Source: a virus
Taxonomy: Duplodnaviria; Heunggongvirae; Uroviricota; Caudoviricetes
Virus record (IMG/VR): IMGVR_UViG_3300029468_000001
Length of the DNA stretch: 38,178 nucleotides
Reading direction: 5' to 3' (one strand)
The notes under the pieces were generated by a model. That model ran no database searches and was not told where the DNA came from. It saw only the letters and a list, made by a program, of their open reading frames with translations. Shown here piece by piece: positions 20,795-29,533 of this stretch. Position numbers and translations under genes: made by a program. Position 1 is the stretch's first letter. The number at the start of each line of letters is the position of its first letter.

Positions 20795-21171
20795 CAGAAC
20801 AAGAATACAAACAAAAAGAAGCAAAAATAAAAGAACGTAATAAAAATATTACGATGAAACGGAAACTTCATCGGATGAAAAAGAGTAGATTCAAATTCAA
20901 AAAAATACGGACGAGTAAAAAAGTTCTCTGGACAATCATTGTGATTTGTTTGGAGATTTTAATTTTCTCTGAATATATGGCGTTAAAAACTGAGGACACA
21001 AGTTTTATGTATGCACTTATTGGAGTAGCTACTACTCTCATACCTACTGCATTAGGTTACTTCAAAATGAGTGATAATGAGCATAAACGTGGTCAATTTG
21101 AAATGCCATTAAATGAAGACTACTCTTCCACCGTTGACGAGCAAACTGACAGTGATGGTGCTGTTGGATAA
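20791..21171 (+). CDS. membrane protein (basic N-terminus, two TM helices), possibly lysis-related
   Basis: ORF track; ATGA overlap; two hydrophobic segments. Confidence 0.65.
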   Translation: MTEQEYKQKEAKIKERNKNITMKRKLHRMKKSRFKFKKIRTSKKVLWTIIVICLEILIFSEYMALKTEDTSFMYALIGVATTLIPTALGYFKMSDNEHKRGQFEMPLNEDYSSTVDEQTDSDGAVG

Positions 21172-21183
21172 TAAATAACACAA

Positions 21184-21491
21184 GGGCTAACCATTAAGTA
21201 ATCAAAAGTATAGAGATATATACTTAAACATAGATAAAAGTGGACGCATTATGTCTTTTATTTATGGCTTAATGATAGGTCTCAAGCCTGAGTGACTGCT
21301 ACTATCGAAAGGTATGTTGCAGATATGAACTATGTTAGGTAGTAAGGTCAAGATACACCTTTAGATGTAATCTTCAGTCTGAAGCTCTGTAAGTGCAAAC
21401 TAAGAAACAATGCTAATGTCCTGCATTGATAACACGGAAACACATGTCCTCTACTTGACCTTGGCAAGAAGAAAAATTCTCCGAAAGGAAG
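21184..21491 (+). ncRNA. omegaRNA (HEARO-like) scaffold of IscB; boundaries approximate
   Basis: About 310-bp non-coding stretch directly 5' of iscB with many pairings: CATTAAG/CTTAATG, CATAGATAAAAG/CTTTTATTTATG, and AAGGTCAAG (21344-21352) with CTTGACCTT. Also AGCCTGAG, ACTATGTT and TTGGCAAGAAG motifs resembling omegaRNAs. Confidence 0.75.
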
Positions 21492-21500
21492 GTGTCAGAA

Positions 21501-22742
21501 ATGACAAATTATGCTTTTGTGTTAGATGCTAATGGAAAGCAATTAGCACCAACAAAAGAACAGAAAGCTTGGTTCCTTATCCGTAAGAAGCGAGCGACAT
21601 TGGTAAGTAAATATCCAATGGTAATCCAGTTAAAAAAGGAAATTTCAGATGAACAAATTTGCAAAGATGAAATCTGTTGTGGAATTGATGATGGTGGGAT
21701 TCATGTAGGTTTAGCTTTAGTTCAGAAATGCAAAACAAAAAATAAGGTTGTTTTTAAAGGAACCATTGAGCAGCGTAATGATGTAAAGCATCTTATTGAA
21801 GTAAGAAAAGGTTATAGGAATTATCATCGCTTCCATAAAAGATATAGACAAGCAAGATTTAATAATCGAAAATCTTCTAAACGAAAAGGTCGAATAGCGC
21901 CAAGTATTTTCCAAAAACGTCAAGCTACTATAAGAGTTATAAAGCAACTTAACAAATGGATTAATATAGCAAATTATTCATTGGAAGATGTAGCTATTGA
22001 TATAAGAGCATTAACTGATGGCTATAAATCATATCGGTGGCAATATCAGCAATCAAATCGATTAGACGAAAATATCCGCAAAGCGGTTATTTTAAGAGAT
22101 GGTTGTAAATGCATGGAATGTGGAAAGTCTAATTGCAGGTTAGAAGTTCATCATATCAAGCCCAGAAGATTAAATGGCTCAAATACTTTAGACAATTTAA
22201 TTTCATTATGTGAAAAATGTCATCAAAGAACAGAAGGACAAGAAGAATTATATATGGATAGATATTTTTCTATATTAAGCTCTATAGATAATAAGAATCT
22301 TGATTATGCACAGCATGTAATGATTGGCAAAAAATGGTTAAGAGAACAGTTATCTGAATTAGGAACATTAATATTAACTACTGGGGGAGACACAGCTAAT
22401 AAACGTATTGATTGGAATATTGAGAAATCACATGCTAATGATGCTATTTGTATAACTGGTTTGCAACCAGATGCCTGTAATGTAAAAGAATGGACTATTA
22501 AACCTATGCGTAGACAAAGCAAAGCAAAAACAGATAATGTTTTAGGGATTAAGCATAGAGATTTAGTGGAGTATACATTTAAAAATGGAGAAACACATAG
22601 AGGATATGTAACTGCGTTATATCCAAAACAAAATGCAATAAATTTTCAAAGTCCTACAAAACATTGTAAGAAAGTTAATGCAAAGAAGTGTAAATTAATC
22701 TGGAAATATTCCAAAATATACTGGTTAGACAATGTGTTGTAA
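21501..22742 (+). CDS. iscB: IscB RNA-guided endonuclease (RRXRR/PLMP N-terminus, split RuvC plus HNH)
   Basis: [12 protein letters not shown] (PLMP-like); RuvC-I GIDDG; Arg-rich bridge [22 protein letters not shown]; RuvC-II LEDV; HNH CMECG..EVHHI....[14 protein letters not shown]; RuvC-III SHANDA. ORF track starts at GTG 21492; ATG 21501 fits the RBS better. Confidence 0.9.
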   Translation: MTNYAFVLDANGKQLAPTKEQKAWFLIRKKRATLVSKYPMVIQLKKEISDEQICKDEICCGIDDGGIHVGLALVQKCKTKNKVVFKGTIEQRNDVKHLIEVRKGYRNYHRFHKRYRQARFNNRKSSKRKGRIAPSIFQKRQATIRVIKQLNKWINIANYSLEDVAIDIRALTDGYKSYRWQYQQSNRLDENIRKAVILRDGCKCMECGKSNCRLEVHHIKPRRLNGSNTLDNLISLCEKCHQRTEGQEELYMDRYFSILSSIDNKNLDYAQHVMIGKKWLREQLSELGTLILTTGGDTANKRIDWNIEKSHANDAICITGLQPDACNVKEWTIKPMRRQSKAKTDNVLGIKHRDLVEYTFKNGETHRGYVTALYPKQNAINFQSPTKHCKKVNAKKCKLIWKYSKIYWLDNVL

Positions 22743-22797
22743 ACACTCTTGTCTATGCTTATACACAATTAATTATATATTTTAAAGGAGGATTCGT

Positions 22798-23202
22798 ATG
22801 GATATTTTAAATGGTATTAAAAACTTCTTATCTTTAATCAATGATAATTGGACTACTATTTTAGTTATCATTGGTTTGGCTTTAGCTTTATGGAAGAAAA
22901 TTGAATCATATTCAAAACTTTCCACAGACAAAAAAATTGAAATTGCCAAGAAACAGATTTCAGAAAATATCTTAAAACTGATTACTCAAGCAGAGAAAGA
23001 TTATGCTGAATGGGAAAAGGCAGGAAGTATTAAGCGTAGTGAAGTAATCAGTGAGATTTATAAGGAATATCCCATTCTTGCAAAAGTTGTAAATCAAGAG
23101 GAACTTGTTAAATGGATTGATGAACAGATTGATAACGCACTCCCAACATTAAGGGATATTATTAAACAGAATGAAAAAGATACATCAGACGCAGGGAAAT
23201 AA
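22798..23202 (+). CDS. phage holin (LL-H-like)
   Basis: N-terminal TM helix followed by 'LITQAE....KAGSIKRSEV.......IDNAL'. Confidence 0.65.
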   Translation: MDILNGIKNFLSLINDNWTTILVIIGLALALWKKIESYSKLSTDKKIEIAKKQISENILKLITQAEKDYAEWEKAGSIKRSEVISEIYKEYPILAKVVNQEELVKWIDEQIDNALPTLRDIIKQNEKDTSDAGK

Positions 23203-23216
23203 TGAGGTAAATAATC

Positions 23217-24050
23217 ATGGAAAAATTCGCAAACAGAGATTGTTGTGATGTTGAAATTCGTGATTACTATTCTAACGCTCCTGTTATGTTTATAGATTTT
23301 TGTAATACAAACAGTATTGAATTAACATCTGATTCTATATATGCGAAACGTAATGGCATGAAGTACATAAAATTTGATTCTCCTCTTGAAGGAACAATTA
23401 CTATTACGTTTCAAGCACATCCGTTTTATGTATACTCAATGCTAAATGGAAATGACATTAAAGATAGTGCAATAGTCATGCGTAGGGAAGAAATTATTGC
23501 AAATAGAAATGGTGAATTAGATTTAGAATATACTCCTATTTCTGGAACAATTTATGTCAATAGCAAAGAAAATTTCTTAAATGAAGAAGTTTCTGGAACA
23601 GTTGTGGATAAAATATTCGCTTCAAAGGATATCAAAAAAGGCATAAAATATTGTGTTACCTATCTTGAAAATAAGAATTATGGCATTAAGAAAATTTCTT
23701 TTAATAATTCAAACTTATCTCGTGCTTATCACATTCAGATGATTACCACAAATAAAAATGAATATGGTGAATATATTCCTATTAGGTTGATTGCTTATAA
23801 GGCAATTCCAAAGCGTGAAATGGAATTATCTTTTGCATCAGATGGTGAACCTATGGAAATCTCAATGTCATTTGAATGTTTCGAAAACGAAGATGGAGAT
23901 GTGTTAAGTATTGCGGAAGTATACGATTTAGATGGCACAGAAATTACTGATGCAATTTGGATCAATATGGAAACAGGAATGTTGGAAACAACATCAAAGA
24001 AATATGCAACGAATAAACAAGGCGTACTCTTCTATCAGAGCAACGCCTAA
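23217..24050 (+). CDS. structural protein resembling a tail-tube (major tail) protein paralogue
   Basis: ANRDCCDVEI...FDSPLEGTIT...ELSFASDGEPMEISMSFEC pattern; recognised by eye only. Confidence 0.45.
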   Translation: MEKFANRDCCDVEIRDYYSNAPVMFIDFCNTNSIELTSDSIYAKRNGMKYIKFDSPLEGTITITFQAHPFYVYSMLNGNDIKDSAIVMRREEIIANRNGELDLEYTPISGTIYVNSKENFLNEEVSGTVVDKIFASKDIKKGIKYCVTYLENKNYGIKKISFNNSNLSRAYHIQMITTNKNEYGEYIPIRLIAYKAIPKREMELSFASDGEPMEISMSFECFENEDGDVLSIAEVYDLDGTEITDAIWINMETGMLETTSKKYATNKQGVLFYQSNA

Positions 24051-24072
24051 TTTTTATATATAGGAGAAAATT

Positions 24073-25071
24073 ATGGCTGAAATAAGTTTAGGTAAAGTAT
24101 TTATGACACCAAAAGGTGTTTGGGACGGTACAAAGCAATATCAGTCTCTTGATATTGTAATGGTTAGAGGTGCTACATCTTCTACGGGATATATCTCTAC
24201 AGATGTTATTCCTGCAAATACGCCAATTAATGATAAGAGATGGAAAGTTCTTTTTACTGTAAATGATGGCGAAGCTACCGATGATTTTAATAACAAAGTA
24301 AATAAGGTAGATGCAAATAAAAAAGCAATTGATACGATTTATGCAGAGTTACAAAAGATGTATGGAGTTCAAATTAGTGATACTGAACCTACAGAGGAAC
24401 GTACAGGAATTTGGGTAGACACAAATTCAACTGAAACATTTAGTGTACCAGAGATTAAAGATAACGTAGTTAACACTACTGATACATGGAGCAGTCAGAA
24501 AATTAATCAAATGGTAAGTGTTGATTCTTATGCTACTAAGAGCGATGCTTGTGCAGATGATGATAGGGTTGCTATTTATGATTCTGCGAGTAAGACTCAG
24601 AAAAAAGCACTGTTTGGTGGTGGAGTTTGGAATTGGATTGTTAATAAATTGACCAATGCTGTTATTAGCAATTTACAGACAAATAATAAGACTGTATTGG
24701 GTGCGATTAATGAATTAAATAGTAATGCAAAATATGCAAAATACTCTGCAAGTCTAATACAAAGTCAACGGATTGAAGAAAGTGATATCAAAGAAATTAC
24801 GTTTTACAAATTTGGTCGATTGACATCCCTATTTATAAATATTAGTATAAAAGCGTTCTATCCATCTGAAACCGAGTTTGTTGATATATTTGATATTCCA
24901 GATGATTGTTTGCCAATACACAATATGATAGTGAATTATGTAACTCAAACAGGTATGCCAATGCTTTTTCAGATTCATCCTTTAAAAAAGAAAGCAAGTG
25001 TTTATGGTATTAACGAATTAAAAAACGATTGGTTAATTCGACAAACTTTCACATACATTTCTAAAGTTTAA
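24073..25071 (+). CDS. tail fibre/receptor-binding protein with exchangeable C-terminus (currently cassette A, from 24715)
   Basis: 'ISLGKV.MTPKG.W' N-terminus, 'DTWSSQKI', and 'LQTNNKTVLGAINELNS' fibre motif ending at repeat TTAAATAGTAA (24715-24725). Confidence 0.8.
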   Translation: MAEISLGKVFMTPKGVWDGTKQYQSLDIVMVRGATSSTGYISTDVIPANTPINDKRWKVLFTVNDGEATDDFNNKVNKVDANKKAIDTIYAELQKMYGVQISDTEPTEERTGIWVDTNSTETFSVPEIKDNVVNTTDTWSSQKINQMVSVDSYATKSDACADDDRVAIYDSASKTQKKALFGGGVWNWIVNKLTNAVISNLQTNNKTVLGAINELNSNAKYAKYSASLIQSQRIEESDIKEITFYKFGRLTSLFINISIKAFYPSETEFVDIFDIPDDCLPIHNMIVNYVTQTGMPMLFQIHPLKKKASVYGINELKNDWLIRQTFTYISKV

Positions 25072-25331
25072 ATAGTAAGACGTTAATTTATACTCCGACT
25101 ATATCAACTAGCGTATCTGAGCATCTTAAAACACTTTCAGAAAGAAAAACTCATTATTTTCGTACGGAGTCTGGTGCCGATGGCAATCCTTATAAAACGG
25201 GTAGTTGCTTTTTTATAATTTATATTATTAATAGGTCGTTAGATGGAATTGGTTTTGCCATCAATCATAGTTCAACAGCGTATTACATGAGACTTGCAAC
25301 AGGAGAAATACATTATATCGCTTTATCTTAA
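25068..25331 (+). CDS. silent tail-fibre C-terminal cassette B (87 codons, no start codon)
   Basis: LNSKTLIYTPTISTSVSEHLK...YYMRLATGEIHYIALS*, open from repeat 2 to a TAA inside repeat 3. Confidence 0.75.
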   Translation, partial: LNSKTLIYTPTISTSVSEHLKTLSERKTHYFRTESGADGNPYKTGSCFFIIYIINRSLDGIGFAINHSSTAYYMRLATGEIHYIALS

Positions 25332-25603
25332 ATAGTAAGACGTTAGCACCAAGAGGCAATATTACGGAATCATTGGATAATTATAAAACGACAGACGGTA
25401 CGCATCTTCCAGGCGTATATTTAATCAATGGACATGATGTATTTGGAGACGGGAAAAATAAATGGGGCATATTAATATTATTTCAATATATTAATCTCCA
25501 ATTAATGATAATTGAAGGTGGAAACATATATTCTAGGGATTGGTCTGGAAATCCTCTTCATTGGACGAACTGGAAAATTTTTTCTAACTCCAATATGGCA
25601 TAA
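25328..25603 (+). CDS. silent tail-fibre C-terminal cassette C (91 codons, fibre-knob-like)
   Basis: LNSKTLAPRGNITESLDNYKT...PGVYLI...GILILFQY...IYSRDWSGNPLHWTNWK; in frame with ORF-track 25373..25603. Confidence 0.8.
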   Translation, partial: LNSKTLAPRGNITESLDNYKTTDGTHLPGVYLINGHDVFGDGKNKWGILILFQYINLQLMIIEGGNIYSRDWSGNPLHWTNWKIFSNSNMA

Positions 25604-25653
25604 AATTTCCCTCTTCCCATTTAATTCATTAAAAATAAATTCAATATAAACAG

Positions 25654-25702
25654 AGAAATACCTTCTTGAAGACAATTATTTATCTCTCAGGGAGGTATTT
25701 CT
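25654..25702 (+). promoter_or_regulatory. hairpin sequestering the recombinase RBS
   Basis: AGAAATACCTTCTTGA (25654-25669) pairs with TCAGGGAGGTATTTCT (25687-25702): 16 bp with two G-U pairs, ending immediately before the ATG. Confidence 0.7.
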
Positions 25703-26701
25703 ATGACAGAAATTGAAAAAATTCAGAACAATATCATTGAAAAAATGGCAACTTTGTTAAACAATGAACAATTAATTCAGTTAGAAAATGTTCTTTCTAT
25801 TGAATTTCATGGTATTGAAGTTAAAGAAGAATGTACACAACTTGTAACATCAGAACGTCATTGGACTAAAACCTTGAAACTGTTTATTGCAAGTAAGCGT
25901 GTTGAGAATTGCGCAGAGGGTACGTTACAACGCTATCAAGATTGCGTGACAAGGTTGGTTACGACTTTGAATAAGCGATTAGAAGATATTACGACAAATG
26001 ATGTACGCTACTATCTCGCTATGTATCAAGAACAAAGAGGAATTTCTATTTCATATATGGACACAATCCGAAGATATTTACATAGTTTCTTTGAGTGGTT
26101 AGCGGATGAAGAATATATATCTCGCAATCCATTGAGAAAGTTAAGGAAAATAAAGGTTCCGCAGACTATTAAGAAGCCTTTTACTTCTGCGGAAATGGAG
26201 CATCTAAGATGTAGCGCAAAATGCCAAAGAGATATTGCGATTATGGAATTTCTATATTCTACGGCAGGAAGAATTGGAGAAGTTGTAAGACTGAACAAAT
26301 CAGATATAGACTGGAATAATAAGGAAGTTATTATATACGGTGAAAAAGGAAAACGTGAACGAAAAGTATATTTGACGGATGAATGTATTTATCATCTACA
26401 GAAATATTTGAAAACCAGAGAGGATACTAATGAAGCGTTATTTGTGAGCAATAAGCAACCTTATACTAGATTAAGCAAACAAGCTATACAATCAATGCTT
26501 AGAGGATTAGGGAATGAAACGGGCATTCATGTACACCCACATAAGTTTAGGAGAACCTTACTAAGTGATGCAGGTAAGAAAGGAATACCGTTACAAGAGA
26601 TACAAGTATATGCAGGTCATAAGAAACCCGATACGACAATGATGTATGTAACGGTTAGTGAAGAAAATGTAAAAGCTTCTTTTAGACGTTATATTTCATA
26701 A
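25703..26701 (+). CDS. XerC/D-family tyrosine recombinase (putative shufflon invertase)
   Basis: N-terminal SAM-like domain; catalytic LYSTAGRIGE, GEKGKRER, HPHKFRRT, AGH..PDTTMMY. Confidence 0.9.
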   Translation: MTEIEKIQNNIIEKMATLLNNEQLIQLENVLSIEFHGIEVKEECTQLVTSERHWTKTLKLFIASKRVENCAEGTLQRYQDCVTRLVTTLNKRLEDITTNDVRYYLAMYQEQRGISISYMDTIRRYLHSFFEWLADEEYISRNPLRKLRKIKVPQTIKKPFTSAEMEHLRCSAKCQRDIAIMEFLYSTAGRIGEVVRLNKSDIDWNNKEVIIYGEKGKRERKVYLTDECIYHLQKYLKTREDTNEALFVSNKQPYTRLSKQAIQSMLRGLGNETGIHVHPHKFRRTLLSDAGKKGIPLQEIQVYAGHKKPDTTMMYVTVSEENVKASFRRYIS

Positions 26702-26728
26702 TGATAGACTGAATTATATGGTGTTTTG

Positions 26729-26757
26729 AGACTGTCAGAAATGATGGTCTATTTGTT
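26729..26757 (+). terminator. probable terminator after the recombinase
   Basis: AGACTGTCA-GAAA-TGATGGTCT followed by ATTTGTT. Confidence 0.5.
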
Positions 26758-26859
26758 GTGCTTATTTTTAATAATAATATGTGAATTATTTATCAGAAAT
26801 AAACATAACATGATTTTGTATTGAGTTAGAGTAAATGGGAATACGAAGTTGCTTAAATG

Positions 26860-27003
26860 TCATTTCATCTTTACAAAACTTTCTATTGGCAGCAATAAAG
26901 TTGTCGTTTTATCGACCACCAATTTTAAGCCTGAAGGATATTTTTCATCTTTATTATGCCATTCGAATTGTATGCGATTTTCCACTCTTGATGAGTTACT
27001 ATT
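26860..27003 (-). CDS. silent tail-fibre C-terminal cassette E (47 codons, inverted)
   Basis: NSNSSRVENRIQFEWHNKDEKYPSGLKLVVDKTTTLLLPIESFVKMK*, starting in the repeat at 26996-27006. Confidence 0.6.
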   Translation of the reverse strand, partial: NSNSSRVENRIQFEWHNKDEKYPSGLKLVVDKTTTLLLPIESFVKMK

Positions 27004-27238
27004 TTATTTGTACCCAGTTCTCAATTTGACTACTACCATACACTATACGCACAAAAAGATTACTCGTATTAGCTTTAAGTTGTATACGAATCCAAACCAC
27101 ATCAAATGATATGTATGCGGCATTTTCTATTATTCCATACAAAATTCTAAGTCCTTCATTTGTTGTTGTATATTTTGAGTCGAAAGCTGCGATATTTTTG
27201 GTCATTGAGATGTAAAGCTTCGAGGTGTTACTATTTAA
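26999..27238 (-). CDS. silent tail-fibre C-terminal cassette D (79 codons, inverted)
   Basis: LNSNTSKLYISMTK...IRIQLKA..SNLFVRIVYGSSQIENWVQIK*; starts at repeat 27228-27238 and its stop lies in the next repeat. Confidence 0.75.
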   Translation of the reverse strand, partial: LNSNTSKLYISMTKNIAAFDSKYTTTNEGLRILYGIIENAAYISFDVVWIRIQLKANTSNLFVRIVYGSSQIENWVQIK

Positions 27239-27678
27239 TTTATCACGTTTCAATGAAATTCATCTTTCATCTAATCGTTTTCGTCATTTTGCATAAAATA
27301 TGTGTAAGAATACGTTGATTTCTTGTTGAGAATTTGATATTTTTTTGTGCAATTTGACGAAAAATTTTATTGTATCATAAATTCGTGAATAAAATTTATA
27401 GATTTCCTTTTGTATGAGATATCACAAGTATATTCTCACATTCTTATTTTCATCAATTACGTTTTGTTTATCAATAATATGACTTCCAAAATTATCAGAG
27501 CAAATAGCAAGTAACTTAACGTAATATCATATTTTATATTCTCTTTTTGTTTTTCTGTATTATAACTTAATACATATGCAAATTCATTAAGAGATTTTTG
27601 GAAATTTCAAGACGTTCGCATAAACGTCTTATTTTTATGTAACTAAAAATTTTATTATTCAAAGGAGGATTTCTTTTT

Positions 27679-28572
27679 ATGAAGACTTTTAACGCTTCAT
27701 CATTAAAAAATAAAAACTCTAAAACAAAACAGTGGGAAAAGATACCTACTTTAAAGGGTGAATCTGCCTATGAAGCTGCGGTAAGAACAGGTATGTTCTC
27801 TGGTACTGAAGCAGATTGGATTAAACAGAACGGAAACGCAGGTGCTATTGCTACTGCTTGTCAAAATATTATTGGCGCAAATAACGCCGCAACTCACAAC
27901 TCTATCTATCGTGGCAAAAATCTAGGAACAGAATTTACATCAACAATGTCCATAAACGTCAAAAACGGTACATTTAAAGATATGTATTGTGGTGACTACC
28001 TTGTAATCAATGGAACTACATATAGATTTATGGATTTCGATTATTTATACAAAACTGGTGACACATCTTTAGATACTCATCACATCTTAGTAGTTCCTGA
28101 TGCACCGATGTACAGTCATGTGATGAATGATACAAATACCACAGAGGGTGGTTATGTGGGTTCCAAGATGTATAAGTCTGGACTCGATCAAGCTCTTGCA
28201 AAGATTAAGGCAGACTTCGGTGAAGCTCACATTGTTACTTATAGAAATTTATTAGTTAATACTGTCTCTAATGGTGCTCCTAGCAACTGGGCTTGGTATT
28301 CAAGACAGATTGACCTCATGAATGAAGAGATGGTTTATGGAACAAGAGCTTGGTCACAGGCTTCTCAGAATGGTTTTGATACTGGTACAAATAAGTCTCA
28401 GTTGGCAGCATTCAAACATAACCACTCTCTCATCTCATCTTGCAGATCATGGTATTGGCTCAGGGCGGTTCGGTCCTCTACGAATTTCTGCGGTGTGAGC
28501 GGCGATGGTAATGCGAGCGGCGCCGGTGCTTCTGCTTCTAGCGGGGTGCGCCCTTGCTTCCTTATCAGCTAA
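27679..28572 (+). CDS. DGR target protein (C-terminal CLec-type fold, likely receptor-binding)
   Basis: Ends WYWLRA...FC.V...G.A....AS...GVRPCFLI and contains the VR; N-terminal KGESAYEAAV..G.F.GTEADW motif; AAGGAGG RBS. Confidence 0.9.
   Translation: MKTFNASSLKNKNSKTKQWEKIPTLKGESAYEAAVRTGMFSGTEADWIKQNGNAGAIATACQNIIGANNAATHNSIYRGKNLGTEFTSTMSINVKNGTFKDMYCGDYLVINGTTYRFMDFDYLYKTGDTSLDTHHILVVPDAPMYSHVMNDTNTTEGGYVGSKMYKSGLDQALAKIKADFGEAHIVTYRNLLVNTVSNGAPSNWAWYSRQIDLMNEEMVYGTRAWSQASQNGFDTGTNKSQLAAFKHNHSLISSCRSWYWLRAVRSSTNFCGVSGDGNASGAGASASSGVRPCFLIS
28465..28556 (+). repeat. DGR variable repeat (VR)
   Basis: 92 bp, aligns without gaps to 29211-29302 with 15 mismatches, all at TR adenines. Confidence 0.95.
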
Positions 28573-28596
28573 GCGTAGCGAAGCGAAACGCAGCGA

Positions 28597-28631
28597 TCTT
28601 AAATCTCCGCCCCTTGTGGGTGGGGTTAAGA
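28597..28631 (+). other. GC-rich hairpin downstream of the VR (DGR target-recognition element)
   Basis: TCTTAA..CTCCGCCC-CTTGT-GGGTGGGG-TTAAGA, about 25 bp after the target stop. Confidence 0.6.
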
Positions 28632-28679
28632 GAGCAAGTGGAGTGAAGTGGAACGATAAGGATTATAAGGAGGAACAGT

Positions 28680-29183
28680 GTGTCTGTTTTAGTAAAGGAC
28701 AGGAAGAAGTCAAGTTTTGACGTAGTTGTTAAAGCACACGAATTAAGATTAGTATTTACTACTCTTCTATTTAGAGACTTCGGGGTGCAGGACAAAGATG
28801 ATGTAGTAAGACGTAAATATAAAGTGTATATTGATGATCTATACCCATATGATGATATGGAGTTGTATATCAATGTAGCAAAAGATAAAATTCTAAAACT
28901 TGTCTCAGATTTGTCAACCAATGTTACAGCTGCGAATAGCATTTATCCAACAAATTTTGCGGAATGTGATTTACGCAGACAGTATCAAAACTTAGCAATC
29001 ACTAATTGCTTCTCAATTATTACTGAATTACAGTACATAGCAACTGTATTCAGAGTAGACATCAATAAATATACAGTATATGTAGATTTACTTAATGCTG
29101 AAATTGATAGATTAAAAGGTTGGCGAAAATCAGACAATAAAATACGAAAGAAAATTGAAAAACAAAGTAAATTGACAGCTTAA
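28680..29183 (+). CDS. avd: DGR accessory variability determinant (Avd-like four-helix bundle)
   Basis: 167 aa, between VR and TR; helical; 'AANSIYP...RRQYQ..AI..C' and 'LKGWRKSD' motifs; GTG start with AGGAGG RBS. Confidence 0.8.
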   Translation: MSVLVKDRKKSSFDVVVKAHELRLVFTTLLFRDFGVQDKDDVVRRKYKVYIDDLYPYDDMELYINVAKDKILKLVSDLSTNVTAANSIYPTNFAECDLRRQYQNLAITNCFSIITELQYIATVFRVDINKYTVYVDLLNAEIDRLKGWRKSDNKIRKKIEKQSKLTA

Positions 29184-29210
29184 TTAAAAGCTTTTGGGTA
29201 ATTTTTGTAA

Positions 29211-29302
29211 GCGGTTCGATCCTCTACGAATTTCTGCAATGTGAACAGCAATGGTAATGCGAACAACAACAGTGCTTCTAATTCTAACGGGGTGCGCCCT
29301 TG
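29211..29302 (+). ncRNA. DGR template repeat (TR), followed by a ~230-bp spacer to the RT
   Basis: AAC/AAT-rich non-coding copy of the VR: GCGGTTCGATCCTCTACGAATTTCTGCAATGTGAACAGCAATGGTAATGCGAACAACAACAGTGCTTCTAATTCTAACGGGGTGCGCCCTTG. Confidence 0.95.
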
Positions 29303-29533
29303 ATTTCGGTGCGTGTGTTAGAAACCGTAACATTCGGTGACATGCACCAGGAAGGAAGAATTATCCGTTCTATCATGAAGGTAGATAAAACATACAGTCG
29401 ATGTGGCTATCTACGGATACAAACCGCCACTATAAACGGCAGATAGTGTAAGTAAGTGTTTGTATGAGTCTATATAGACAACTGCTTATGCGCCCCTCAC
29501 AAGGGTCTAATACTAATTAAAAAAGGAAGTAAT

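Larger units (their letters stand above)
21184..22762 (+). mobile_element. non-autonomous IS200/IS605-superfamily OMEGA element (omegaRNA + iscB, no tnpA)
   Basis: iscB with upstream RNA; related hairpins near both ends (21229-21266 and 22726-22755); inserted in an intergenic gap of the late operon. Confidence 0.65.
24715..27238. repeat. shufflon-like crossover repeats TTAAATAGTAA, three direct and two inverted
   Basis: Plus: 24715-24725, 25068-25078, 25328-25338 (the last two extend to an identical 18-mer TTAAATAGTAAGACGTTA). Minus: 27228-27238 exact, 26996-27006 with one mismatch (TAAAATAGTAA). Confidence 0.85.

Noticed and set aside
21492..22742. Cas9 or a CRISPR system
   Set aside because: Only ~413 aa with a PLMP-like N-terminus and no REC lobe; no repeat-spacer array or cas1/cas2 seen in the window.
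26831..27109. Plus-strand ORFs 26835..27029 and 26849..27109 as genes or a sixth cassette
   Set aside because: They have no RBS and lie antisense to cassettes D/E. The 26849 frame is in phase with the degenerate site (V-N-G-N), but an antisense shadow is the simpler explanation.
24715..27238. Shufflon cassettes as additional DGR targets
   Set aside because: By eye none contains the TR-like sequence or the GGGGTGCGCCC end motif.
27254..27678. AT-rich gap between shufflon and DGR target as an ncRNA or extra cassette
   Set aside because: No further crossover repeat, ORF of 60 aa or more, or convincing structure was found beyond a small hairpin near 27609-27630.
28505..28942. ORFs 28505..28720 (+) and 28565..28942 (-)
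   Set aside because: They overlap the VR, the hairpin and avd; these are chance frames in a locally GC-rich segment.
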